Both the position numbers and the translations under genes were made by a program. Shown here in pieces: positions 48,615 through 62,641 of a stretch of DNA of 64,000 nt. This DNA comes from Rhodosorus marinus CCMP1338 (Eukaryota > Plantae > Rhodophyta), in NCBI GenBank assembly GCA_029953675.1, contig JAMWBK010000008.1, forward strand, positions 558,001 to 622,000, read 5' to 3'. The first letter of the stretch is position 1, and every line of letters starts with the position of its first letter. The notes beneath the pieces were generated by a model. The model had not been told where the DNA came from and did not search any database. It worked only from the letters and a program-made list of their open reading frames with translations.

Positions 48615-51600
48615 ATGGCGTTCATAGGGGGTTTGGGATCAGTGAGTAGGGTTAGGGAGGGTTCGCTGAGGGTAAGCAGAGGGGTTGGGGTGTTTACCAG
48701 TGGTGTGAGGGTGTGCGGTGGTAGAGCAGTGATGTCAGCGTCTGAGAGAGGTCCGGAGGCAGGGCAGGAGGCAGGTGCTGATGATCGGAAATGGACAGTT
48801 TTGAAGTTTGGTGGGACCTCGCTTGGACTTGCCGAAAGGTTTGAGCAGGTTGCAGCGATACTGGAGAAACAGAGTACTCCGATTATGGTGGTGGTATCTG
48901 CGGTGGGCGGAGTCACGACTGCTTTGGGCAAGCTGGTGGAGGCGGCTCAGACCCGGGACAATAAAGATCATTATTTGGAAGGCATCGAGGAGATTAGGGA
49001 GCTCCATGAGGAACTCGCTCACAGGCTGCTTCCTGAAGATGCTCGAGATACTTTCCTTACCTCCCTGGCATCCTCTCTCCGTGACGTGCGCGATCTCCTT
49101 CGTGCAGCGTGGATTGCGCGCTCTACTTCAGAGCGCTTCCAGGATTTTGTCCTCGGGCAGGGCGAATTATGGGCTGCACAGCTTCTCTGGTCTCTCCTTC
49201 GCTCTCGCGGACGGAACTGTTCATGGATGGACACAAGAGATGTTTTAGTTGCGAGGAGATCACACGGAAGCAGTCCGCAGAAGATAGTCGACTGGGATCT
49301 GAGCCAAAAACTCCTCGACGAATGGCGAAAATCGAACCCCACTGAGATCATCATTGCCACCGGCTTTATTGCACGTGATTCTGAAAGTGTGCCAATCACC
49401 TTCGGGCGAAACGGCTCAGATTTCTCCGCCTCCGTGTTTGGGCGCCTTCTCAATGCTAAGGAAGTTCAGATCTGGACCGACGTCGACGGAATCTACACGG
49501 CCGACCCCCGTGTGGTGCAAGAGGCGGTACTACTAGAAGAGCTCAGCTACCAGGAAGCGGCTGAACTTGCGTACTTTGGCGCTTCCGTACTCCATCCAGA
49601 TACAATGGCTCCGACCATGGAAGCAAACGTTCCAATATCCATCAAAAACACGTTTAAGCCCTTAGCTAGGGGAACGGTGGTTACAAACACAAGCCTGGGA
49701 AGCAGCACCAGCAGTTCCAAGAGACGCATGATGCCGTGGGGAGCGATTAACGACTCCAAAGGTGTGCGAGGTTTCAGTACTGTCAAGGATGTCGCGTTGG
49801 TGAATGTGGAAGGTACGGGTATGATCGGTGTTCCTGGCATTGCGTCCAGGCTGTTCACCGCACTGTATGAGAAGGCAATCAGTTGTATCCTCATCGCCCA
49901 GGCGAGTTCGGAGTACTCGATTTGCGCCGCAGTACCAGGACCTCAGGGAGAAGAGGCTGCGGCAGCTGTTCGACAGGCTTTTCAGATTGAATTGGACGAG
50001 GGGCTGGTCTCCGATGTGGATGTAGTCTCGAATCTCAGCATTCTTGCAATGGTCGGAGAGAATATGCAGAGGCAACCTGGAGTGAGCTCAAGGCTCTTCA
50101 GGGCCCTCGCGAATGGGGGAATCTCTGTGCGTGCGATGGCACAGGGATCCTCGGAGCACAATGTGTCAGTCGTTGTGGACTCGAAGGTTGAGATGAACGG
50201 ATACTGAGAAGCACGCGAGTGGAGGAAGTGCGAAAGCATGCGTTTGCTGAATTTTTTGCTTCGCTTTTTTGTGTTTGCCTGTCTTTAGCATGAGTCGAGA
50301 GCACTCCGAACGGCGCACTCAGCGTTCTACTTGTCCGATCAGACGCTTTCCATCGGAATCATTGGATCCGGCGTTGTTGGCACCGCCCTCATGAGGCAGA
50401 TTCTTCATCAGCGGAAGTCCCTAAAGGAGCGTATGGGTGTGGATCTCCGAGTGACCGGGTTAACCACTTCAAAGAAGATGTCCTTGTCTGCTGATATAGA
50501 CTCTGATGACTGGTTGAAAACGGAGGACGTTTTGGATGCGGATTTGGACGCTTTCGCAGCTCATGTGAACGATCCGTCACTACCAAACGCCGTGATCGTC
50601 GATTGTACGGCTTCTGAAGTTGTCACGGAGAAGTACGAAGAGTGGTTGAACAAGGGCATTCACATTGTGACACCAAATAAGAAAGCCAACTCTGGACCGT
50701 ACCCGACCTACCTCGCTCTCCGCCAGGCGATGAGCTCAGCGAATTCCCACTTCTTCTACGAGGCCAATGTTGGGGCCGGTCTCCCTATCATCACGACGAT
50801 ACGTGACCAGTTGCACACAGGAGACGATTTCCTTGAAATCCAAGGAATCTTTTCAGGGACTCTCAGCTATATTTTCAACGAGTTTGATGGAACTGAGCCC
50901 TTCTCCGCTGTCGTAACCAAGGCCAAGAGTCTTGGATACACGGAGCCCGATCCAAGAGATGACTTGTCCGGAATGGATGTAGCAAGGAAGGTGGTTATTC
51001 TTGCAAGGGAAATTGGGATCCAGGCAGAGCTTGATGACGTCCCAGTAGCATCCCTTGTCCCCGAAGAGCTTCAAGGATCCGATGTAAGTGAATCTACTTC
51101 AGTTTGCGCCCCGCCCGAGGTCTGGATGTTTAAAGGTCTTCGATGCTTTGGCGCTCTCCTATGCTCAGGTCTCAATCGATGAGTTCATGAAGAGGCTTCC
51201 CGATTTCGACAAGGCGCTCACTGAAATGGCGAATGAAGCAGCTGAGGATGAGGAACTCCTCCGCTACGTTGGAGTAATTGACGCAGTCAGTGAAAAGTGC
51301 AGTGTGGAGCTTCGCAGGTGAGTCCGGCAAACTCTCGGAAAAGCGAAACCCCAGTGTTCCCTGTTTCGAGATGTTTGTTTCTCGTAATCTGCTAAGCCGT
51401 TGGCTACCGTGTGGTGTACTCCTGCAGGTATTCAAAATCGCATCCGTTCGGAAGGTTGAAGGGGTCTGACAACATTGTCACCTTCCGCACCAAGAGATAT
51501 GATGACCAGCCTCTGGTTGTTCAAGGTCCTGGAGCAGGAGCTGACGTAACTGCGGCCGGAGTATTCTCCGATGTTCTCAGGCTTGCGGCGCATCTTGGCT

Positions 51601-51620
51601 CTCCCAGTTCATACGAGTAG
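48615..51620 (+). CDS. AK-HSDH: Plastid bifunctional aspartokinase-homoserine dehydrogenase; exons 48615-50186, 50289-51083, 51169-51317, 51428-51620
   Basis: MAFIGG transit peptide, KFGGTS, GRNGSDFSA, WTDVDG, two ACT domains (IAQASSE, MAQGSSE), GSGVVG, VTPNKKA, YEANVGAGLP, GYTEPDPRDDLSGMDVARK, QGPGAGADVTAAGVFSD. Confidence 0.97.
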
Positions 51621-51979
51621 AAGGGAGGACAAGCAGATTGTTTGTCCTACCCATGGAGATGAGTTTGTGAATCCCAAACCGTCTCACGGACACGTTCAGC
51701 TGTACAGGCTGGGGTGGTTGTTGCCTTGAAAGTTTTGTGCACCTCGCGATCTATTTTCTGAATTGCGGCATGTAAAGAAAATTCCATTTTGTGCACGACT
51801 TCGCTCGTGATTAAGTAGAAGGTGACATCAGTGCGGCTCAAGCGTTCTGCAAGGGGTCCTCAGCGTTCTGAGAGACGCTCCTCGAGACGCATGTCAAATG
51901 GCTCCAACAAGGGCTTCCAACATACTTGTTTTAAAAAAGTACCAGAAGGGGCAGGACTCAATCCACGGAAAATTAGGAC

Positions 51980-53776
51980 CTAGTCGCGAGTAAGTACTGT
52001 ACATATTTTCACTGCAGCTTCTGTGAGCATTTTTTCGTCGTGAGCAGCCGAGACGCTGAGCCTTAGGGTTGGTTCCGGAATCTTGTGAATCATTCCCACG
52101 TACAAGGGAGCAGAAACGAACACTCCCTCATCCAAAAGCTGCTTCTGCTTCCGCAGGGTGGCTTTCTGAAGCTCAACGTCATCTTCGGTTCCCAAAAGCT
52201 TCAGGTGAACGATAGGGGAATCTCTATCGCCAAGTACTTCGACACACTTTCCGCAGCCCGTTGACAGCAGGTCGCGAAACTTGCGCGTCAACTGACGCAG
52301 TTTCCCAACTCGTGATTCTCCCTCGGAATCCAACAAGTTCATCGCTAATACGGGAAAAGAGGTTTGTAAGAAAAGAGCTGAATACGCCAAATCCCGAAAG
52401 ATAAGTCAAGCTGCCTGGGTCCGTACCTTCAATGGCAGCTGTTGCCAGATAAGGTGGTTGCGAGGCTGAGAAACAATAGCCTGCGCCCGACAGGCGCTGG
52501 TGGTTGACAACTATCCTCTCGCCAACAATAAAACCTCCTATCGTTCCCAGAGCCGGTGAAAAGTCTCCACCTGATACTTCAATTTCATCCCTAGGGATAG
52601 ACAGTTCTTCGCACACTCCGTGACCGCTCGCACCTGCCCAGCGACAATGCAACAGCTCGGTTTCAGATATTGGGATTGCAGCGTTTTACGGAAGAGGGGC
52701 AACGCACCGAGGACACCGATCGAGTTGCTCTCGTCGACTATCAGTCTGTACTTGTACTGATTTTTCAACATGATAATCTCCTTCAAGGGAGCGAAGTCAC
52801 CATAATCAGTGTAGAGCGCTTCCAGGACTATGAATCGCCTCTGCAACAAAGGGTAAAAGGATCAGCTCAGTCACTCCCTCCTCCTTCAAAACATACTGAC
52901 CGAGCAGCCGATGACGTGACCTACCTGTCGCGACGGTCGCTTCGGGTCCGCGACGTCAGCTTGATGGATATCCTCCAAAATTCGCTTAAGATCCTCAAGG
53001 TCGTTGTGCTTGAACCAATGAATCTGAGAACGACTGAGGTGACAACCCGCCTGCACTGCATAACTAACTCCTTCATCGCATATCAAGACGTCATCTCGTT
53101 TGCAGAAGGCGGGAATAACACTGGACATTGTCGCAGTCCCAAAAGAATATATGATCGCGTCCTTGGAACCACAGAATTCGGCTACTCTTTCCTCACACCG
53201 AAGGTGCACATCCGTTGTCCCGTAAAACCCGCTATCCGCAAAATTCAGAAACGAAAACGAGCATGAGCAAACGCGGACTTTGGTGGATGTCACTAGAGTG
53301 CACTTGAGAATGCAAAAAAGCCGAGGAGCTTACCGAGGCCCGCATGATCCGCAGCCGTAGTGTTTCATCGTTTCAGCACACGCCTCCTTGACCTGGTCGC
53401 TGCCTTGTAAACCACTAAAGTTGAACGACGCCAGGTTCAGTGCTCCTTTCGCATCGGCAACATCGACTGTCTCTCTGGACTCAGACTTCATAACGTAATC
53501 ATACTCTGCGGCGAGTGAATTCCTTTTCCAAGCGGCCTCCGCATCGGAATGCGGTGGCTCACCTAGAGGAACACTTTTCCACTGTTTGCATGCAAGCTCG
53601 ATTTCCTCCCTTGTTAACTTTTTCTTTCCCTTAGACTTTGGCTTGTACGCTCTTTGAAGCCAGAAATATATGGACAACAGCACGCACATCAACTCCAGCA
53701 AATGCTGGTATTGGTTCATCGATACCCAGGCCTTAGCCTGCTCCGTCAGAAAGTCTATCGAATAAATCCCCTGCAT
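51980..53776 (-). CDS. LCB1: Serine palmitoyltransferase subunit LCB1/SPTLC1; exons 53776-53335, 53231-52925, 52840-52708, 52633-52427, 52344-51980
   Basis: N-terminal TM segment, LNLASFNFSGL, YGCGSCGPRGFYGTTDVHL, WFKHNDLEDL, RRFIVLEALY, RLIVDESNSIGVLG, LGTIGGF (no PLP-binding lysine, as expected for LCB1), HQRLSGAGYCFSASQPPYL. Confidence 0.96.
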
Positions 53777-55172
53777 ATTCAACAACTCAGATCAACCCCA
53801 CCAACCTCTCCCTCCTCCAAAAAGCAGCCCCTCCCCCCGGCGATCCGTAAGGAGGCAGTTCAGCATTCCATGTAATTGATTAATAGTTCAAGAGCGAACA
53901 ACTAGACCAGATAACTCAACTTCCCGCTTATCAACCCAAAAACAAAAGCACCCTCTGAGCTCGGATTGCTCACCCCAACCCCCGACCCCACACTCCCTCA
54001 CTACGGCCCCGACCGTGTCCCTTCACAACTAAAGAAAAAATCGGAATCAAACGCAAGCACATATACGCACAACCCAGTGTTTTCAGTTTTAACTCTTATC
54101 GAAGACTAGTCTGTTGTCTACCCCTGTACAGACCTCCACCCCTCCTCCATCTCACTCCTCTCCTCCCCCTCCACACTCCTACCTCCCCAGAACAGCGTCC
54201 CATCCTGCTCCCCGCCTCTACATACCAAGCCTATTCCCATTCTCAGCTCCGGTCGGACTTCCCTCAAACTATTAGAATTCCAAAAGAAATAACCGAACCT
54301 CAACAAGTTGACAATTTTACCTGAATCCTGGCCATATAAAAACTAAAAACAAATGTGATTGATTTTAAAACATGTTTTAGGGGTAGTCTGTTTTTATCCA
54401 CTTGAAGTTTAGGAAGCTACTAACCCCTTGTAAAATGGAATTCCAGATGGAAATGTTGTTACGAATTGAGTAAAATGAGGTTGTTTTTTTTTAAATCTGG
54501 GTACTTCCGAATGGGAATTCGATGGAGGTGTGCCTTCGGGGGGTTGGGAGTACGTCAAAAGTGACCAATCACAGCATCCATCAACGCTTTAAATTCGGGT
54601 TTTATATGAAAGTTTATTTGTCACCCAATAAATCTAGTTAACTGTCACTATGTGGGAAATTGCTTTGTAAATGGCTCTAAATCTCGGTTCGGTGGGACAA
54701 TAGAATTATATTAATTTAAATGTTGGAGATATATTTTAAGTAGTATTGATATTTTTCTTTTATCTGTCGCTAAAATGCCTTCCTGCCTTCTGGGTTTACC
54801 TTACCTTGCACTCGGCCTCTCCCACCCCACATTGCATACTCTGAGCGATTCCATGTGGAGGTTTTGAGCTGTGGCCTTGGGGACCAGTCTCAAGGAGCGA
54901 CCGTAGCTTCTTGTCACGCGCGAGTGGATCTGATCCATACCCTCTGTGAAAGTGACCTGGTTTGATTGCAGTTTTGCTCTCGGGATGCTACTACTATGCA
55001 AGCGACCTGCGCTCTGCGCAAGTAAGCGTTTCTGAGAGCACGTACCTCGATATAATGCACTGGTCTTGGGTTATCATGAAGCGTAACGTGGTGAGTCGTT
55101 CCTGGGCAGAGTACTTCCTATCTTCTTGACTCCCAGAAGAAGTTGAATTGTGAATAGCTGGTCGCTCCTTTT

Positions 55173-56270
55173 TCAGGGCGGGGAGGAACCGCTATAGGCA
55201 TCACCAGGTGCATCACTGAGGTGCAGATGGATTGAGCTTGGAATTCTGAAAACGGGCGAATCCTGTACTCCGCACTGTTCAATCCGAACGAATCCTGCGC
55301 CTTCTATTCTTTTCAAGCACATATACCAACGTCCGTTCGCGTTACTGTTTTCGTTCGTCGAAATTTCAAAGCGTTCCCGTAAGGCGGTCTCCAACAACTC
55401 TTGCGTTACACGAGTGTTCTCACTGCATACAACCAAGATGCGCCCCAACATCTCCAAGCAAACGAACAACTGCGGCAGAGTCTGGCTACAAGGGCCGTCG
55501 AAGGGTTGAGCTCGTTAGTACAACTTGGCGTTCGTAAAGCATATCATCCAACACTAGTTGGGTCGTACGAAAATGAACCTTGGAGGGGTTTGTAGCAATT
55601 AGTTGCGACGTATACGTTGAGAGCTGGACAAAAAGCCAGTTGCCTCCCAACTTTGATAGAATCTGCAGTGAATAGAGTTCAATGAAGATGCCGCTTTCAC
55701 TCACGACATGCAGATGAAAGGCCGTATATAGCCCATGAAGCCTTCTGTAAGGAACGTGCGTCTCTGCCCAAAAGGAAACCCCTTTGTCCGACAGTCGCCG
55801 TCAGAGCACACGCGGATAACACTATTGGGTAACGGCAAATCTACACGTCGACCACACTGGACCCCGGTTGCTCTCTCTTGAACACGTCGCCACTGCCCTC
55901 AACCAGGGTTTCGCGTTTTCGAACGCAAGAGCTTCAGGTGAGCGCTCTCTTTTCTCATAGATTTGTGTACTTGGAAAGTGAATGGATTCTACATCCATGG
56001 TGCCGAGAGCTTGGCCCTCAATTTCGCAACTCCAACGAACATCGTTTTGTACAGAAACGACTCCAGTTTGGTTATACACCCGCATGAGATAGGCTGAGGG
56101 AGCAAAACACAATCAAACTCTGACAACCGTAGCCACTGAATTACAAGCACGTCCTTAACCTGCAACCGAACTGATATACTATTGTTCCCTAGAAGTCGGA
56201 CCTTTGCCAGCAACGCGCCCGTGGATGGAGATACAAAACAACTTGTTCCTGAAAGCCTCATCGTGGCCAT
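55173..56270 (-). pseudogene. Candidate decayed ORF of unknown family
   Basis: ORFs 55989-56270 and 55173-55469 share one minus-strand frame. I count only 7 stops in about 366 codons, against roughly 17 expected for random sequence. No motif recognised. Confidence 0.25.
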
Positions 56271-59200
56271 TCAATGAAGTGGAAAGGCTTTCTATGAGAA
56301 GCCTCAAAAACTACCATAAGGGATCTCTCTATCAGCTTGAAGGTAACAAAAAAAAACCAGGCGAGCAAAATCTGTTCGCTTGCTCGAAAAGGACAAAATT
56401 GAGAACAGGAGAGCTCCTTCTCCATTACACAGTAGTGATTGCTCACCAAAGACATATCAGCACAATCAAACCATAACCAACGAAACCCTCTCCTTTGTCT
56501 CAGACAACTCGAGTCAATTTGACCAAAAAATAAAACAAAATGAACATACATACACGTACGTTATGCTCATTTTTTTCTTATGTCCGCTTTGTCCTCACGA
56601 TTTTTGACGATACAGAAAACCATGGTATTTTTCCATCCGCGAACACAGGTGGGGATGAGGGCTCTCTGCACGACCCCAAAAACACAACGCCGGAAGTAGA
56701 ACTTGCAAAGTTTTACTATTAAACAAAAACGGCCAATCGTGCCAGAATGGTCGTCTGGAGGTAAGTAAAGTCCTAAATTTTCCTTCCCTATGGTTTCCAT
56801 TACTTCGCGGTATGGTTGGTCCGAAAAACATTATTATTTTATAGGCTCCAACAGTGTATTTGATTTTTGTGTATATATTTACAAAATATGTCACTGATTT
56901 TGATGGTAGTTTGTTTTTACAATTTTCAAATGGTGTGGACATGGGAAAAGCCACCGTTCGCATACGCGACCTGGGAGCGATATGTGCAAACAGCAACTAG
57001 TAGCTATTTGTAATTTTTCTTTTGATTTCGGTGGGAGGCGCCGGAGCTTCGTTCCAGCCATATTGATTGTATTCGGGGTAAAACGTTATATATTCAAATA
57101 GAAAGAAATTAAGAACCTTCGGAAATATAATCTTTAAATCTGTATTGTTGTTGTTTTGTTTTCTTCTCTGAACGACCCTGTCAAGAACTTCTGGTGAGGA
57201 TCGAGAATTTGCAAAAAATTCCATCAACCACCAGCTGAGCTGAGATAGAAAACAGAATAGAAAAGAAGAGAAACAACAAGGGTGGTGTTTTCTTCCGACG
57301 CAAAAAGAGAACAAAAGGAGGGGATTCTTCCGTTTACATCGAGATTTTATCACATTGTGCATATTATTTTACTAATTGATCCCATCATCCAATCATTTCC
57401 GGGAACTTCAGCTTTGGCTACGTCTGCAGGGGTGGAGCTCGAAAAATAGTGTAATACATTTTAATATTGATAGGTCTGGATGTGTATTCTTGCTTAGGGG
57501 TTAGTGGGAATTAGGATGTACTGTATTCTCAAGGTATTAACTATATAATTAGTCCTTTTTTTGTTTCAACCGCTCTTCGTGGATCTAGCACTTTCGAAGG
57601 CCTCATAATCTTTTATTTTTTGTGCGTGCCCACCTCCAAATAAACTTTAATGATTCCACAAAAGGCGGGAAAACAGCTGGAAATGTCATTTAATTTTCAC
57701 AGGATTTAAGAGGTTAGTGGCCACAAGACTAGGCCACGTCTACCACGTACAGAGCAACAGGCTCAATCTTAATAGAAGATAATTTCTGGATGGCTTCAAA
57801 CGCATTTCGTTCTTCGATGAGGTATCAACTAACTGATATCCGTCCAGGGGCCCTGGAGGGTGCGCAAGGCATTCCCACTGGCCCTCCGCATTTTGAATTT
57901 CATATTAATCTAAAGCACAAACTGAAGACCGAACGTCTTTCTTGGAAGATTCATCCAAACAAATAGCCCGTACAAAATGGGTTGTGATTTGTTTGGGTGG
58001 CTCATCTAGGCGAAAGAAAATGCGAATGGGCCTCAAATTTTTATTTTTTTGATGAGGAGAGTGCTTTTTATCCGTTTTGCAGCCTATTTTTGTTCGAGGA
58101 GCGTCAGTTTATTTCTTCACCAAATCTAGAATTCGCAGAGTCTCATCAGCGCGATTATTGCCAGTTGCAATATGGAAGCCTTGGATCTCGTCCTTTTTGG
58201 TTGCGCTATGCACTCGCAATTGTAAAACAATGCATTTTCCGCTCCCAAGGTGAGAAATGGAGGTGGAAGCTTGTACGGAAGCAGAAGCGAACCCTAATGT
58301 TTACCATTATACACACAAACGGCGAAAGCGGGAATCCATCTAAAGACCCCCTTTCGAAAGGGCTGAGCAAAACCAAACAAAAAGAATTCAGTGAAATGGA
58401 AGGACACGCTGGGTGTTGCAAGAGGCTCTCGTGTTGTTGGGTAAGTTGGTTTAGTGGATTTTATTTGTGTTTTTCTTGGGTGATTTTGGCCAATGGGACG
58501 AAGCGACGTTACTATTTCCCTTCCCCACTCCAACCCCTGCCACTGTGATCGTTTGTCGCTCTATATTAGTTTTCGCCTACACGCTGGAAACGATCGATCG
58601 CGGTGGAAAGAAAGAAATTAGTGAAGGGCGGTCGTGGCTATTATTTGGGTGTGCGGATGTGCTGAATAAATTCGAACAGAATCGCCGGAGAGACCCTAAA
58701 ATACGACGAGTACACTCAACCAAGGTAGCTACGTGTTAAAGTAAGAAATTCCGCAAAAAAGTGATTACAAACCCCTACATCCCGACAGTGCAAAGAAGGC
58801 AAAAGATGTAGGACGCCGTTTTACGGTGATGTGATCAGACAATCTGTGAAGTTCGTGTTTTTTTTAGTGTTGCAATTATGGACCTGTCGCTCAAGACGGA
58901 GACCATTCCAGAAAAGAGCCATGAGCCACTGCGAGGCCCCATGGGGATGGTCAATACAGATGACTACCAGCAGAAAAAACTGAACCATTCAAAATTTTCC
59001 TAAAATACGTGGATACGCACGACGTCAATCAGTCACTAGAAGCCAATTCTAAAGCTTTTAGGGCCTGATTGGGATTCGTCACAAGTCCGAGTCGCTGACA
59101 CCTAGTTCCTATCTCTTTGGAATTCTACTTCTGGTTCGTTTCTCATACATACCAGTATTCGGTTCCATTGCGACAATGCGACGCTGATAGCGTGTGATAT

Positions 59201-62120
59201 CCCCTAAGGAGGCACTCATCGGCTTGGAATGAGGGGGACTAGGCTAACAATACGTCCCGTTTGGCAGGACTCGATTCGTTTTAACGCATGGAGCTCTGAC
59301 AGCCCCTTTCTTCATTTTCTTTTCTTGTCGTGGGAGGGTGAGGCCATTTCAGTTTGTCAAGGATAAACACAACGCTTTCTTTCCTTGGCGGTCTGTGTGC
59401 GAGTCTACAATGCCTGCTGTGGGCAGCAAGCTTTTTAAGGATGGCGAAGGTATGGCGTGGTTTGCGGTTATCCACAAAACAGCAGCTCAGTCCGAAATAT
59501 CGTGCACAGAACATCACGAAATTCTATCAAAATACCTCCTCACCCACCCACCCACGCACTGCAAACGTTATGTACATTGCTTTCATACAAAAAAAAAAGT
59601 GACTGTTGGCGCCGCCGGTCTCCACATCTGGAATGTTGCCTTTTTGTTTCGCTTTCGTCCATCATGACTCGTAAGCCGTCGTCCGCCTCCCTGCTGCATG
59701 GCAAGATTGTTTTTCTGCTCCATTTTTTTCTAGAATTATTGGATGTTTTCGTATTGTTCCCTGGGCAACTTTTTATCACCCTGGAAACGCACGGTTTTAG
59801 TCTATGTGGGCTGTGGACCGGCATGTAAAGGCGTTCGTGATTGCAGATCGAACATGCAAAAAGCAAATTATTAATATTATTCTAATATCCAGTTTGTCGT
59901 GCCCCCCCCTTGCTCACACCCCCGGGTCATCGAATTCGTAATTCGTTGCAGCGACTCTTAGCTTTTCAGAGTCCCGGTGGAAAGACACCTAAAAACAAAG
60001 GTTTTTATCTACTCGCCAAAGATTGGATTGGTCCGTGTTTGGGAACGCACAGCTTTCATTCCTCGCTAATAGTTTTGTTTTTTCTGGTTGCATGGCATAT
60101 GGGGTCGACGTAACAAAAGCGTATCATTCGTTCAAGACAAACAAGGCGACAGTAAAGGGCGTGCGAGTCCGGGAGTTTTTCCTATTTTTTTTATGTCAGC
60201 AAGCATAAATAAGCAATCTTTGGGGGAGTCTTTTTTCTTCTTTTTTTTGTCGGTACACGGACGGGAGAGGGCGGATGAAAGCACTACGAAAGGCGTCATT
60301 TGCGCTCCTCAATCTACACATCGATTGCTCTTGACGAGGCATTCCCTTGCGGCCTCGAGAATACACATACACACACAACTCTTCTTTTTGTTAAAAGTTT
60401 CAATGTGTCAAGGATATTTTTGTTTGGTTTTCCAACGACTTATTGCCTTGGACCTGATTTTCCAGGGTTTTCGTTAAGGTTTTGCAGTGGGAATACGCTC
60501 CATACAATTTTATGCAGAAAAAGGACTTTTCCTTAGCGATGAAGCAGAAGAGACTGCATGGAACGATGATTCAAAAATAGGGCAGAATTCAGCTTCTATG
60601 CGTCCTTTTGAAGGTATCAAGAATTCTTGATTTTCATGAGTATTATCTGAAAGTTTCGGTTTACAAGACGTTTTTATCCGGAAATTGAGGGGGACGTCCA
60701 CGAGCACCCTCAAATATTATGGACAAACCTACTCACTAAGCAGCTTTGATGGCAACGTTTCAGCCCAGCACGGTTTCTCACCTTGCATTTCCGAATACAG
60801 GAAATATTTTGAAAAATCTTGACCTTGAACTATCAAGGCGTATGTAAAATTTATATCTCATATACACTATTCCAATCTTTTTCAGTACCCACTATCAAGG
60901 CTCCACTTGAATTTTTTTCTTCCAAATCAAATCCGGAGCCCCTTTAATGTTTTTATACCCCCCCCCACCATCACCCCTCACAAAAAGCGTTGCCCCCCGC
61001 TCCCCCCTTCCGCCCTTTAACCACCTAAATTGTTTTTAATCTTTGGACCCTCTGGTCGAGAGGGGGGCGCCTTAGTCCAGACCCGACCTTCGTTGAAAAA
61101 TTTACTCTTTTGTTTATAGTTTTTCTTTTAAAACGACTGCTTTACGTCAGACTATGTGGACCCCCCACCCCCTTCCATCTCCCTCCTCAATACTCGTTTA
61201 GCGGAGAATTCATGACTAATTGAAAACCCCGTTTCTCCATTTTTGTGCGGGGGTTAGGTGGGCAAGATATGAAAATAACAAACAAATGAGTAAATTTCAG
61301 CAAGATAGATTTCCCACCAATTTGTTCGAACTCTATTCTAGGGATAGTATATATTTTAGAGCCCTTGGCTGCACGATCAGAAAAGGGGGTGGCTTCGCTT
61401 CACCGTGCTGGGATTCGGTTCTGTACTAGTTTTTATTCCCTTATTCAAAATAATATATTTATACTGTTTCCATTTTTTTCTTTTTCTAATTATCCAGCTG
61501 GATTTTGTTTAAATAAAAAACTCAGAAGTGTTTTCTTTTTGAGTTTTGTTTTTTATTTCTACGACGTTTTCTTGCTGGCGAGTGGGGGAGGAAAAAAAAA
61601 TGGATACAGGGGGGAGGGGGTGATTGATAAGCTTATGAGAGAATTAATCATCTTATAGTAGAAAACACTAAGGTCTCTGTAGACCCCGGACATGTGGAAA
61701 TGGATCGTCCATTTTCAGGAGAATTGCTAAGACAGGTTGCTACGTTTTTTTTTTGGATTTTCTTCCATGCCCTCACTAAAAGAAACCCGTGTTTTCGCTG
61801 TGGTATTTTTGTTGGAAGAAATATTATTGGGGTTGAGGTGGGTATAGAAATTATGTTGAAAATAATGGGGAAGGTTTTTGTTTTTTTTGGGCTGCGCAAT
61901 GGGACGTTGGAGTGAAAGCGTGGGCATGTGCTTTTTAGGGTTAGTAAGCTTTTGCCTTCCAGTTTCGCAGGGAGCAGAGGGATATAAAGGGGCATGAAGT
62001 GACCACAGCCTTTGCTGCGACTTGCCCATGATGGTTGAGCGAAGACGAAGCGTAGAAGGAAGGAAGTGCCTAGATGGAGACTTGACGCGGGATGCGACGA
62101 TAGGGAGAAGGCTCTGAAGG

Positions 62121-62423
62121 ATGTATACCATTTCAAGTGTGTCGGGCAGATCGGACGGGTCTGGTCAGGCCAAGGCTGTCAAACGGCGGGCTAATTTTAA
62201 CCTGGACTTTTCGAGCCCTAAGGAACCGGTGGGAGTGGAATCGGACTTTGAATGGCTGTTGGAAATGATCTTGCAGAGCACTGAGGAAGAAAGCGTCTCT
62301 ATGGTCATGCCCGGCGAGGAGTGCTTCCCAGCGCCAAAGAAGATGAAGAGGTCGGCGTCGGTCACGGAGATGTCCTCTTCAGTGCCTGTCGAAGTGTTGT
62401 CTATAGATGAACAGGAGAGATGA
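62121..62423 (+). CDS. Hypothetical 100-aa low-complexity protein with basic clusters (KRR, KKMKR) and a CFPAPKK motif
   Basis: True ATG after a G/T-rich leader; composition like an intrinsically disordered nuclear protein; family not established. Confidence 0.5.
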   Translation: MYTISSVSGRSDGSGQAKAVKRRANFNLDFSSPKEPVGVESDFEWLLEMILQSTEEESVSMVMPGEECFPAPKKMKRSASVTEMSSSVPVEVLSIDEQER

Positions 62424-62641
62424 CAGTTTGCCGCTTTTTCCTAACTGATTCGTATATTAAGAAGTGAAATTAATTCGTATATTATGCAAGCACGATCCGC
62501 ATGAAGACGGCGGTGTGTATGTGAATGACCTGTACATCACAGAAACTAAAGTAATAGTTCATATTTGTTTATATCTTGAGCTCCTAAATGCCCAACAGCT
62601 CCCCCTGCAGTACCATGTATCTGCAAGAGCACGTACTACCG

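Noticed and set aside
48615-53776. Adjacency of AK-HSDH, LCB1 and TIC21 as a metabolic gene cluster
   Set aside because: Different pathways and compartments; ordinary housekeeping neighbours.
59257-59280. Minus-strand T-arm-like sequence (GAATCGAGTCCTGCC)
   Set aside because: Two mismatches in the B-box and no complementary acceptor or anticodon arm upstream.
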